A DNA stretch of 32,000 nucleotides from Candidatus Thalassarchaeaceae archaeon (GTDB lineage: Archaea > Thermoplasmatota > Poseidoniia > Poseidoniales > Thalassarchaeaceae), in the NCBI GenBank assembly GCA_045568075.1, contig JBJLBP010000001.1, forward strand, positions 1,530,001 to 1,562,000, given 5' to 3'. The notes beneath the pieces were generated by a model. It saw only the letters and a program-made list of their open reading frames with translations. It was not told the DNA's origin and did no database searches. Shown one piece after another: positions 1-8,329 of the stretch (its first letter is position 1; each line of letters begins with the position of its first letter). The position numbers and the translations under genes were made by a program.

Positions 1-91
1 GAGATCCAAGCTCCCAAAGCGGATGCGCAAGCGAGGGTTGCAATACCTGTAGAAAGGCCAACTAGTAGATGGTGGAATGTAATTGCATACA

Positions 92-1267
92 TCACTGACC
101 ACCTCCGGCCTCGGGGTCATCGACCCATTCTTCCTCAACCGGATCCCAAAGCAAATCGGGGTATTCGTCGTACTTCACCAAACGCTCACTGTATGCTGTT
201 TCTGCCTCATCGGCGGTATCCTCTGCTGCGGTTGGTTCAGATTCGGGTGCGGCTGGAGCTGGTTCCGGTATCACTGCTTCAGCCGTGCTGGTATCCGCCG
301 CTTCGACCTCGGCCGTCTGGTCGAGGTCGTCCTTTCTTCGAGTGGGTTGTAGCATTCCCTGCAGATTCACCATGAGTGCAATAATCATGAAAGCGCCTGC
401 GAATCCTTGCGCGCGAGCTCCCCACAGACTTCCATCGAATTCCGGTGGAATTGTTCCCATCGTTAGCCAAGGCTGAACGACATCGAATTCGCCATTCGAT
501 GTCGTGACTCGATAGACAAGTCTGCCATCTCCCATGGTTGCTGGAAGTTGGACTAGCCATTCGTTTTCGGCGCCAGCCTCGACGATAGCTGTGTGAGATA
601 ACGACTCTCCTTCCAGCTTCCACTCTACTACGACATCGGTGGTATTCTGAGTCATCAGGCTCACTGGAGATGTATCGCCGGTGACACGATAATGCGGCGC
701 AGTCCAATCCGGTGCGAATCCAGGAAGATTCGCAGGCACTGGATTAACCTCTACTGAATGGGTATCCGAGACACCGAGATAAGCCACGTCTCCAGGGTAA
801 CCAGCGCCGTGGTGAATCGCGACTAGAAGATCGAAATCACCCGCCGCTTCGGGAGCGTTGAGCACCCAACTCAGGCTGACACTACCACTGTTCGGAACGA
901 TTACCTCAACGTAATTCGCCGAGGTTCCGGCGGGATCTTGGAGGATATTCCAGCCATAGTCATCGGGATGATCGCCATTACCATTAGTCGAAGATAGTAG
1001 GAAGACACCTAGGAGTCGTGAATGCGATATCTCTGGAATCTCGATCATGGTTTCGAATTGGTATGCTGTGCCGGTGAAGGCAGTATTGCTCGACGAGATG
1101 CTGATGGTTGCAGACGAAGGAGCGCTCAATCCTGGGTCGCCGTGACAAGACCCTCCACAAGTGAAGTCCCGATTTCCGTCGCCCTCTCCACCAGGATTTG
1201 CGACGGTTCCTTGAGTCGCGAGCAACATGGCCGCTATCGTCGCGAGCACGAGAAGTCTCCCGCGCAT
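92..1267 (-). CDS. Secreted type-I membrane surface protein with an N-terminal Cys-x3-Cys-His module, a single C-proximal TM helix and an acidic cytoplasmic tail of about 100 aa
   Basis: The ORF track gives 92..1270 from a TTG. The in-frame ATG at 1267 gives MRGRLLVLATIAAMLLATQGTVANPGG, which reads as a signal peptide. The motif FTCGGSCHGD follows it. A TM segment (GFAGAFMIIALMVNL) precedes a Glu/Asp/Pro-rich tail ending YDEYPDLLWDPVEEEWVDDPE. The N-module is paralogous to that of the upstream gene. The start overlaps the upstream stop as TGATG. Confidence 0.75.
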   Translation of the reverse strand: MRGRLLVLATIAAMLLATQGTVANPGGEGDGNRDFTCGGSCHGDPGLSAPSSATISISSSNTAFTGTAYQFETMIEIPEISHSRLLGVFLLSSTNGNGDHPDDYGWNILQDPAGTSANYVEVIVPNSGSVSLSWVLNAPEAAGDFDLLVAIHHGAGYPGDVAYLGVSDTHSVEVNPVPANLPGFAPDWTAPHYRVTGDTSPVSLMTQNTTDVVVEWKLEGESLSHTAIVEAGAENEWLVQLPATMGDGRLVYRVTTSNGEFDVVQPWLTMGTIPPEFDGSLWGARAQGFAGAFMIIALMVNLQGMLQPTRRKDDLDQTAEVEAADTSTAEAVIPEPAPAAPESEPTAAEDTADEAETAYSERLVKYDEYPDLLWDPVEEEWVDDPEAGGGQ

Positions 1268-3921
1268 CAAGCATCCCTCCTACGACCGTACATCGTTAAG
1301 CCGATACTAGCAAGTCCGACGAGCAGCATGATGATAGTAAGTGGAATCGACATGGATGAAATCGATCCAGTCGGTTCTGTATCGACCGAGGAAGGAGCAT
1401 CACTTGCATCCACGGTCGCGGTATTATCCAATTGGAACAACCATAGAACCTCGAGGCCATCAACCTCGACTGTCACAGCATAATGTAGGTGAGCAGCGAC
1501 CGGGGCAGTCTCGCTCCACATCGTCTCATCAGTCTCACCAACCACTTCAAGGCCGGTGACCAATGCCTCACCCGCAGGTCCGTGTCCAATTGTAGTGAAG
1601 GCTCTAGTCGAGCGATAGACATGGAATGTCGTAGCATCACCATCCCATTCCCAAGAGAGTTGTACCTCGCTGCCTGAGAGTGTCGCGCTCAAACTGGTGA
1701 CTGTTGAAACCTCGCCTAAGACTACCGCAGAAGCAGAGAACCCAGTTCCGCCCATATCGTCGACCACAGTAAGTATCACTGAATGTGAACCCGTGCCGAG
1801 TTGGACATTGACCGCCTTTCCGGTCAGACTGACTCCATCAACCTCCCAGAGATAGTGCGTTACCTTTCCATCGAGATCTGTCGATATCGAGGCGTCGAGT
1901 GTGATGAACGCGCCAGCGATCGGCGGCTCTGGAGAAATTGTGAAAAGAGCGGTTGGTGGAACATTGGCGATAGTAATCTCCGCCACAATTTCTGATGATT
2001 CGCCCCAAGGATCGCTGGCAGTCACCGTCGCAATCCAAGTTTGACCTGGTTCGAGTCTTTCAGCTGGGACCGAACGAGAATCATCAAGATCAGGCACGAT
2101 GAAGCCATTTCGAGCCCATGAAATATGGAATGATACGGGCTCGCCATCCAGATCTACTGCGGTGGTATGAACCACCAATGGAGATAGTGAATCTGCAGGC
2201 GTCGTGGGAGGCGCAGGCATGCCAGCGGGAGCGCCGGCATATCCAGATTCACCATTACCGAGTAGAATCACCATTTCGCCAGGTGCACCATTCTCAATTT
2301 GACGAGATGTAGTCTTCATTGAATTGCCAAGATCGTCACCATCGCCAGGGACAACCTGCACTGACCAACTATGGTCACGCACTGTCTCAGAAGATGGAAT
2401 CTCAAGCATTCCGTCGTATTGGCGAATCCATTCGCCATTGACCCACCAACGAATCTGACTATTCATCTCGGCGTCACCATCGACATCGCTTTGTTCCCAA
2501 ACCACACTCAAGTTCATCGAAGTAGTCAGATTTCCCGCAGGAAGCATCTCAATCGAGGTAACCTCAGGAGGGGTGTTTAGGATGTTGACCTCTCCACTCT
2601 CGACCCAATCCGACCAGAGCAAGCCGTCGTTAACCCTAACACGCGCGACCCAAATATCTCCTTTCGCGGTCGATTCGGGCATAACCACTGTCAAGTCATT
2701 GTAAGCAGATACCTGTGTTCCATCACGCAACCAACGAATCTCAGTGGCTTGCACTGAATCGCCATCAGGATCAGTCCAACCGACGTGCACCTGCAGTGCA
2801 TCATCAGTTTGAGCATTACCAACCGGTGAGACGTAAGCGGTAGCACTTGGAGGATTATTCGATGAGCCGATAACGACGACGCCGGTATAGACAATCTCAC
2901 CGAATTCATCACCATCATGAGGTAATACCGAAGCTTCCCATTGGTCACCGCTGCGAATCATCAGAGGAGAGACTCGGTCGGAATCATCCAACTCTGGAAT
3001 CCTCGCTCCATCGAGATACCAACGGATCTGAGTATCTTGCTGCGGCTCGCCATCTAGGTCAAAGTAATCGTAGTGGAGCCGTAACTCATCGGTATCCAGT
3101 GGATCCTCAGGAGTCAATTCTAGATTCCTTGCGATAGGTAGAGAGTTGCCGATTGTCACGGGTCCAACCGTAACAGGATCACCAGCATCGGACCCGTCCT
3201 TCACCGTCACAGTGCAAGTCCATTCCTGGCCCTTTGTCAGCCAACTCTGTCCTACGCTATTTTGGTCATTCAGGGCACCTACAGATAGGCCATCGAGAGT
3301 CCAACGTATCTGTGTGCCCTGCTCGGAATCCCCATCTTGATCGTAATATGTGTAATCGACTGCTAAGCCAGTTCCCTTGGTTGGAGCGGTTGGAACGAAA
3401 GTCACGTTATGAGCCTCCGGAGGAGTATTGCTGCTTGAGGAATCCTCTCCCAGTGTCCAAGTGCCCGTGCCCCAAGAATCACCCGAGTTCGCTCCGTTGC
3501 CGTTGGCGTACAACACTGCGAGATCGAAGTCAACATCTCCAGATCCGGTGGCCGGTGCAGTCCAATCTGCCGACCATGAACGCAGTGAGTCGCTACTGTG
3601 AGTCAACTCACCATTAGCCAATTGAACTTGCGACCCTAAATTTGACCACGTTCCGGCGCTAGCATCGAGATTGAATCCGCCTTCTCCCGAAACGTGGGGG
3701 CCACCATCCCAAGTTAGGGAGTAAGTTGTTCCAGGTGTATATCCACCTGCTCCCCAAGGTAGGCCACTAAGTGAAGGAGAAAGTGAAGAACTTGATGAAT
3801 GGCATGTACAACCGGCGGTTGATTGGCCGGTTTTGCCACCGCTATTGGCGATTGCAACCTGGCTGGATGAGATTAGCATCACTAAGACAAAGACGGTAAC
3901 TGCACGGCGCGAGCGAAGCAC
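1267..3921 (-). CDS. Large secreted repeat-containing surface (adhesin-like) protein: signal peptide, Cys-x-Cys-His N-module, five tandem beta-sandwich-type repeats, a PKD domain, an Fn3-like domain and a C-terminal TM anchor
   Basis: The 884-aa ORF opens with a signal peptide (VFVLVMLISSSQVAIANSGG) followed by GCTCHSS. Five repeats of about 95 aa carry DxDGD plus (T/S)(Q/E)IRW..(D/N)G. A PKD-like segment reads ISTDLDGKVTHYLWEVDG...GSHSVILTVVDDMGG. The C-terminus reads IPLTIIMLLVGLASIGLTMYGRRRDA. Confidence 0.85.
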   Translation of the reverse strand: MLRSRRAVTVFVLVMLISSSQVAIANSGGKTGQSTAGCTCHSSSSSLSPSLSGLPWGAGGYTPGTTYSLTWDGGPHVSGEGGFNLDASAGTWSNLGSQVQLANGELTHSSDSLRSWSADWTAPATGSGDVDFDLAVLYANGNGANSGDSWGTGTWTLGEDSSSSNTPPEAHNVTFVPTAPTKGTGLAVDYTYYDQDGDSEQGTQIRWTLDGLSVGALNDQNSVGQSWLTKGQEWTCTVTVKDGSDAGDPVTVGPVTIGNSLPIARNLELTPEDPLDTDELRLHYDYFDLDGEPQQDTQIRWYLDGARIPELDDSDRVSPLMIRSGDQWEASVLPHDGDEFGEIVYTGVVVIGSSNNPPSATAYVSPVGNAQTDDALQVHVGWTDPDGDSVQATEIRWLRDGTQVSAYNDLTVVMPESTAKGDIWVARVRVNDGLLWSDWVESGEVNILNTPPEVTSIEMLPAGNLTTSMNLSVVWEQSDVDGDAEMNSQIRWWVNGEWIRQYDGMLEIPSSETVRDHSWSVQVVPGDGDDLGNSMKTTSRQIENGAPGEMVILLGNGESGYAGAPAGMPAPPTTPADSLSPLVVHTTAVDLDGEPVSFHISWARNGFIVPDLDDSRSVPAERLEPGQTWIATVTASDPWGESSEIVAEITIANVPPTALFTISPEPPIAGAFITLDASISTDLDGKVTHYLWEVDGVSLTGKAVNVQLGTGSHSVILTVVDDMGGTGFSASAVVLGEVSTVTSLSATLSGSEVQLSWEWDGDATTFHVYRSTRAFTTIGHGPAGEALVTGLEVVGETDETMWSETAPVAAHLHYAVTVEVDGLEVLWLFQLDNTATVDASDAPSSVDTEPTGSISSMSIPLTIIMLLVGLASIGLTMYGRRRDA
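1957..3429 (-). repeat. Protein-level tandem repeat array (5 units of about 95 aa) inside the 884-aa surface protein
   Basis: The aligned cores are YYDQDGDSEQGTQIRWTLDG, YFDLDGEPQQDTQIRWYLDG, WTDPDGDSVQATEIRWLRDG, QSDVDGDAEMNSQIRWWVNG and AVDLDGEPVSFHISWARNG. Each unit ends in I.N..PP. The repeats are diverged at the DNA level. Confidence 0.8.
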
Positions 3922-4058
3922 ACCTCTGCTACTCTAGCGAGCGCTGATAGTCCATTCGGCAGATTGCCATTGACGATTGGAAGGAATTGCTTGGCTCTCT
4001 GACCGGTCCTGAGGACCGGAATCGGTGCATTCATTGGGGGGTCGCAGGTCGCTGGGCC

Positions 4059-6125
4059 ATGCGCCCAGTCGAAAGTGTAGCGATTATTGGGGCTGGAAAT
4101 ATGGGTTCAGGAATCGCTCAGAAATCGGCGCAGGAGCGATTCCAGGTTCAGATGGTTGACCGCGAGGAACATTGGGTTGCACGCGGTCAGACGATTATCT
4201 CTGATTTTCTCGATGAGGCCATCGAGAGGCGGATATTCCGCGAGAATGAAGTTGCAGATATCAAAGGAAGAATTACTGGAGTTATTGGGACTGAAAACGT
4301 CGCTGCAGATACCGATTTGGTGATCGAAGCAGTGTTCGAGGATTTTGATATCAAGACAGCTGTGTTCGCGACCCTCGACAAGGTTTGCGACGAACACACC
4401 ATCCTCGCTTCGAACACCTCCTCATTGAGCGTCAATGCTCTTGCTGAAGCGACTGGTAGACCAGATCGCTTCGTTGGGTTGCATTTCTTCTATCACCCAG
4501 CCAAAAATCGGCTGATCGAGATTATTCCGGCCGAGACAACTTCGAAGGAATCGCTCGATGCTGTTGAGCAGTATTGCAAGACGATGGGTAAGGTCGTCAT
4601 CATCTGCAAGGACCGACCTGGCTTTGTGGTGAATCGCTTCTTCGTGCCTTGGTTGAATGAGGCTTGTTTACTGCTGCAAGAGGGAATTGCCAGTGCAGCA
4701 GCGATTGATGCGGTGGCCATGAAGGCATTTCGCATTGGCATGGGTCCTTTCGCTCTGATGAATCTCACAGGACCCCCCATCGCCTTGCACGCGACCGATT
4801 ATCTGGCTGAGCAATTGGACTGCCCCCGCTACACGGGAGCAGCCAACCTGCGCTCGATGGTCGAGGCGGGAGAGATGTGGGTAATCGGTGAGGACGACGA
4901 TTGCAACGAAGAGGCTGCTGCGGTGATTCGCGAGCGCCTCCTCGGACAGACTTTCGCGGTCGCCTCACAAATTGTCGCAGAGGAAATTTGCTCGATGGAA
5001 GATGTCGACCGCGGAGCTAAGGTGGGCCTACGCTGGGCGCATGGACCGTTTGAAATCGCCAATAGAATGGGAATCGGAGAAGCAGTGAAAATGGCTTCTT
5101 CGTACGCGGATTGCGCGGGCTTTGAGTTGCCTGAATGGTTCGCTAGATTGAGCCAGCCGCTCGAATTCAGTTATGTTGACACGGTCATCGATGACGATAT
5201 CGCGACCGTGCGAATAAATCGCCCCGAAGCGATGAACGCACTGAACGAGACCGTGGTTGAGCAACTCGGTGCAGCATTAGATTCCCTAAATGCGCGCGAA
5301 GATATCTCGACAATAGTACTCGATGGAGCAGGCAAGGCATTTGTCGCCGGAGCCGATGTGAAATTCTTCGTTGACAAAATTCGTGCAGATACAATTCCAG
5401 ACATCTACGATTTCACCGCATACGGACATGAGGTTCTCGGCAAACTTGAGGATTCGGATAAGACCACAATTGCTCTGACCACTGGGTTAGCTCTAGGCGG
5501 TGGGCTCGAACTCGCTCTAGCCTGCGATTACCGCGTCGGCACCCGCCGCTCGCAATTCCGCTTCCCCGAGACCAGTATCGGAATCTATCCAGGACTCGGG
5601 GGGACTCAGCGCACACCTCGAATCTGTGGAATTGAGGCGGCGAGATTCGCTGTTCTTGCGGGAAATTTCCTCGACGCAAGTAGCGCCGCCGCACTCGGCT
5701 TGCTAACACATCTAGTCGGCCCAGCAGAGGTAGAATCCACAGTGGCAGAACTCGCCAACACTGGCAAGCCGGCAAACAAGTATCCAGCATCTCCGGCCGA
5801 CCCTTCTCATCCAGCCGCAACCTTCGCGCTCGCCTTCTACAGCGATGCGAACATGGCCGCGCTGGCAAGCGGCGAATGTCCAGACGGCTTCGACGCCGCG
5901 GACAAAATGGTCGGTCGCCAACTCAAATCACTAAGTAGAACAGCACCCATTGCTCTAGCGATGGCGAGTGCACTACTCGATGATGCTGTAACAACAGGTG
6001 ATGATCTGAATGCAGGGCTCGCACTCGAACTTGAGAGGCTTCACGATATCTTCGGTACAGCCGACGCCCTCGAAGGACTCAGCGCCCTCATCGAAGGGCG
6101 AAGACCCACCTACACGAATGCGTAA
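4059..6125 (+). CDS. Bifunctional 3-hydroxyacyl-CoA dehydrogenase (N-terminal) / enoyl-CoA hydratase (C-terminal) fusion for beta-oxidation
   Basis: The N-terminus carries a Rossmann motif (VAIIGAGNMGSGIAQ). The C-terminal crotonase fold shows VRINRPEAMNALN, GAGKAFVAGADVKFF and ALGGGLELALACDYRV. The ORF track starts at a TTG at 3987. The ATG at 4059 sits just before the Rossmann strand and is the more likely start. Confidence 0.9.
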   Translation: MRPVESVAIIGAGNMGSGIAQKSAQERFQVQMVDREEHWVARGQTIISDFLDEAIERRIFRENEVADIKGRITGVIGTENVAADTDLVIEAVFEDFDIKTAVFATLDKVCDEHTILASNTSSLSVNALAEATGRPDRFVGLHFFYHPAKNRLIEIIPAETTSKESLDAVEQYCKTMGKVVIICKDRPGFVVNRFFVPWLNEACLLLQEGIASAAAIDAVAMKAFRIGMGPFALMNLTGPPIALHATDYLAEQLDCPRYTGAANLRSMVEAGEMWVIGEDDDCNEEAAAVIRERLLGQTFAVASQIVAEEICSMEDVDRGAKVGLRWAHGPFEIANRMGIGEAVKMASSYADCAGFELPEWFARLSQPLEFSYVDTVIDDDIATVRINRPEAMNALNETVVEQLGAALDSLNAREDISTIVLDGAGKAFVAGADVKFFVDKIRADTIPDIYDFTAYGHEVLGKLEDSDKTTIALTTGLALGGGLELALACDYRVGTRRSQFRFPETSIGIYPGLGGTQRTPRICGIEAARFAVLAGNFLDASSAAALGLLTHLVGPAEVESTVAELANTGKPANKYPASPADPSHPAATFALAFYSDANMAALASGECPDGFDAADKMVGRQLKSLSRTAPIALAMASALLDDAVTTGDDLNAGLALELERLHDIFGTADALEGLSALIEGRRPTYTNA

Positions 6126-6140
6126 TTGCGAACAGAAATC

Positions 6141-6302
6141 TTAGTTTTTCCAAGCACGAGGAAAGCGAGACCACACCGGCGCGCGGACTGCCGCCATACC
6201 ATGAATAATCAGATAAAGAAACTTATTTCTTTTCTTCACAATCGCCTCTTCAGTCCAGTTCTGCATCAGTTCATCAACCCAGTTTTCCAACCATTCGTCC
6301 AT
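6141..6302 (-). CDS. Possible small (53 aa) hypothetical protein with one hydrophobic segment, below the ORF-track length cutoff
   Basis: My translation of the reverse strand is MDEWLENWVDELMQNWTEEAIVKKRNKFLYLIIHGMAAVRAPVWSRFPRAWKN. An AGGA lies about 8 nt upstream of the ATG. The composition is acidic like the rest of the proteome. It is divergent from the HxlR gene. The + strand 86-aa ORF here looks spurious. Confidence 0.3.
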   Translation of the reverse strand: MDEWLENWVDELMQNWTEEAIVKKRNKFLYLIIHGMAAVRAPVWSRFPRAWKN

Positions 6303-6405
6303 ATTTATTCCTCAGTGTTTTTTTGCAACTCAGTGCAATTTTCACACTTAGGGAATAGCCGTGCCTATTTGAATCCCGGAGTTTAACTGAATACACTGAG
6401 GTGCA

Positions 6406-6412
6406 TTTTATA
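6406..6412 (+). promoter_or_regulatory. Archaeal TATA-box candidate (TTTTATA) for the HxlR-family gene
   Basis: TTTTATA ends 32 nt upstream of the ATG at 6444. That spacing implies a leaderless or near-leaderless mRNA. Confidence 0.35.
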
Positions 6413-6443
6413 CACCAGATACAATCTGCGTAACCTGTTGCAC

Positions 6444-6896
6444 ATGGGCCGTCCTCCGATGATACTCAATGAGAATGACTTCGCGTCAGTCCAGAAATCG
6501 ATTCTCCAAGTCCAGAATAACGGCCGAGACATCCGCAAGATCTTCGCTTCCTACTATGACGATGATGTCGATATCGGCTGGGAAGTAGATGCGGCAGTAG
6601 ACTCCTTCCAAATGTTCTCATCGCGCTGGACCATTGAAATTCTCGCCGCTCTCTACATCGCCGGAGACCGCCGATTCAACGAACTTCGAACCCTCTTGAG
6701 GGGTATCTCTTCAAGGACCCTGTCGGACAAACTAACCACCTGTCAGCAGCATGGTTTGGTATCTCGCGTTGTGGAGGAAGGGCCACCAATTCGGGTGACC
6801 TATCGACTGACCACGCACGGACGCACTTGTGGACGACTCCTCGGGCCTCTCGTCGCTTACATGAAGGTACAGAAAGAACTAGTTGAGTCGGAATGA
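6444..6896 (+). CDS. HxlR-family winged-helix transcriptional regulator
   Basis: The core FSSRWTIEILAALYIAGDRRFNELRTLLRGISSRTLSDKLTTCQQHGLVSRVVEEGPPIRVTYRLTTHG matches the HxlR/DUF24 pattern (W...IL..L..g..RF.EL......IS...L...L..L...GlV.R......P.rVeY.LT..G). Confidence 0.85.
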   Translation: MGRPPMILNENDFASVQKSILQVQNNGRDIRKIFASYYDDDVDIGWEVDAAVDSFQMFSSRWTIEILAALYIAGDRRFNELRTLLRGISSRTLSDKLTTCQQHGLVSRVVEEGPPIRVTYRLTTHGRTCGRLLGPLVAYMKVQKELVESE

Positions 6897-6995
6897 ATTG
6901 TTCCTGTGGAACATTATTGCGACCGCTCTAAACTCGATGCGATAACGATTCATAGAGCCGCATGATTGAAAGGGTGAACGAGTCAAAAAGCGTCT

Positions 6996-7649
6996 ATGGC
7001 ATTGCTCGAACAGTGGCGCGGTAAGCGCTCTTGGTTCCTCGATGGCCTCATCGCTCTAACTGGGGGCGCTCTTGGGCTTGGGGCAATGCTTCCTGGAATG
7101 CTCCCGCCGGCTGCGCAAGGTACTTTGTCGGCTCCGAAGAAGAATTGGGAGAATCCTGTTCGGGCGAGGATTATGTCGACTCTCGACCGCTCGCCCGGGA
7201 TTCATTTTCGTGAATTACAACGACGATTGGAGGCAGCTAATGGGACTCTGCGCCATCACCTCGATGTCTTGGTAACCGAGAAATCGGTGACGACAATGTC
7301 GGTCAATGGGCGAACTTGCTACTATGCTGGTGCGCCAGCTCAGGTTGAGATACTCATCGGGACTGGTGTGACCGATGATGCACGCGCTGCCTCGATGCTT
7401 CCTGTTGGATTGTCCATTTTGCAGCGCGCAGTCGTCGCTCGCCTGACTTTCTCCGATGCGCCTCGCTCACAGGCCGCGCTAGCGCGCGATCTCGGGCGTT
7501 CACGCTCGGCTGTTCACTCGGCTGTTGGTGTTCTACGCACGCGTGGTATCGTCACCGAAGGAGAACTACAATTAGCTGATCATCTCAAATCTCTGAGAAC
7601 CTCTCGACTAGAGTATAATTGGTTAGATCTTCGTGCCGAAATGGCATGA
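6996..7649 (+). CDS. Membrane-anchored tandem winged-helix (ArsR/MarR-like) DNA-binding protein
   Basis: An N-terminal hydrophobic helix reads WFLDGLIALTGGALGLGAMLPGML. wHTH 1 is NPVRARIMSTLDRSPGIHFRELQRRLEAANGTLRHHLDVLVTEKSV. wHTH 2 is LQRAVVARLTFSDAPRSQAALARDLGRSRSAVHSAVGVLRTRGIV. Confidence 0.65.
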   Translation: MALLEQWRGKRSWFLDGLIALTGGALGLGAMLPGMLPPAAQGTLSAPKKNWENPVRARIMSTLDRSPGIHFRELQRRLEAANGTLRHHLDVLVTEKSVTTMSVNGRTCYYAGAPAQVEILIGTGVTDDARAASMLPVGLSILQRAVVARLTFSDAPRSQAALARDLGRSRSAVHSAVGVLRTRGIVTEGELQLADHLKSLRTSRLEYNWLDLRAEMA

Positions 7650-7690
7650 TTATGCATTGCCTTTATTTCACTCACTTGAGAGGAATTTTC

Positions 7691-8329
7691 ATGAACACGG
7701 GTACGAAAGTCACTGTTGGCATTGGCGCCTTCATGCTGATTGGTGGCATATTGGCTACAGTAATGGGAGCTGGCGCCATTGGCGGGGCCGAAGATTGGAG
7801 GCCTACTGACGATATTTTCTGGGAAGGTGAGAGCGGTACGGATAGTTTCGTACACGTTAAGGAAGGGGTCGGAACTGATCTTGTGGTATTCGTAACTGAT
7901 GATATTAGATGTGATGATTTTACACTCGAAATACAAGGCGGTGAAGCATGGTGGAAAGCAGATACGTGTATCGATGTAGAAGGTAGATCCTTGCCCATGG
8001 GGTATGCAGATGACCCCGAAGGGTGGTTGCATCTTGGCACCATTGTAGAACTTGAAGATGGTGTTGAGTATACAATTACAACTAGTCACGACGTTGTTTT
8101 AGTAGGATGGGAAGTCATTGAAGGACTGTTTGGAGACTTTTTAGGAGGTCTTGCTGCAATATGTGGAGGGCCAACTTTCCTATGCTGTGGTTTGATTTTC
8201 CTGTTGATTGGAATTGTTATGGCGTTAACACAAAAGGGCAATGAAAAAACAGAAACTAGGATTGAAATTAATCAAGAAATTGATTCTGTTAAGGGCGATA
8301 AGAATTGGTATGATGATGGTTCCTCGTAA
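7691..8329 (+). CDS. Hypothetical bitopic membrane protein with N- and C-terminal TM helices, an acidic extracytoplasmic domain of about 120 aa and a Cys-rich second TM
   Basis: An ATG at 7691 is preceded by GAGAGG. TM1 is VTVGIGAFMLIGGILATVMGAGAIGG and TM2 is FLGGLAAICGGPTFLCCGLIFLLIGIVMAL. G+C is markedly lower than in the flanking genes. The ORF-track start at 7619 overlaps the upstream gene and is less likely. Confidence 0.6.
   Translation: MNTGTKVTVGIGAFMLIGGILATVMGAGAIGGAEDWRPTDDIFWEGESGTDSFVHVKEGVGTDLVVFVTDDIRCDDFTLEIQGGEAWWKADTCIDVEGRSLPMGYADDPEGWLHLGTIVELEDGVEYTITTSHDVVLVGWEVIEGLFGDFLGGLAAICGGPTFLCCGLIFLLIGIVMALTQKGNEKTETRIEINQEIDSVKGDKNWYDDGSS

Noticed and set aside
193-3617. Many 60-150-aa ORFs in alternative frames inside the two surface-protein genes, with similar ones inside ccmF, uvrB, the HADH/ECH gene and others
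   Set aside because: They are nested in or antisense to long ORFs with clear domain content. They are Arg/Ser/Cys-rich, as expected for off-frame translation of GC-rich coding DNA.
1142-3810. Calling the CGGSCH / CTCH motifs bona fide c-type haem attachment sites
   Set aside because: Neither is the canonical CXXCH, and a one-residue spacing (CXCH) is not a known haem-c site. It is kept only as a hypothesis in the findings and not as an annotation.
6126-6386. 86-aa + strand ORF immediately after the HADH/ECH stop
   Set aside because: It has a TTG start and a Phe/His/Cys/Arg-rich, low-complexity composition unlike the acidic proteome. It has no upstream signal. The opposite strand carries a more plausible short ORF with an SD-like motif.
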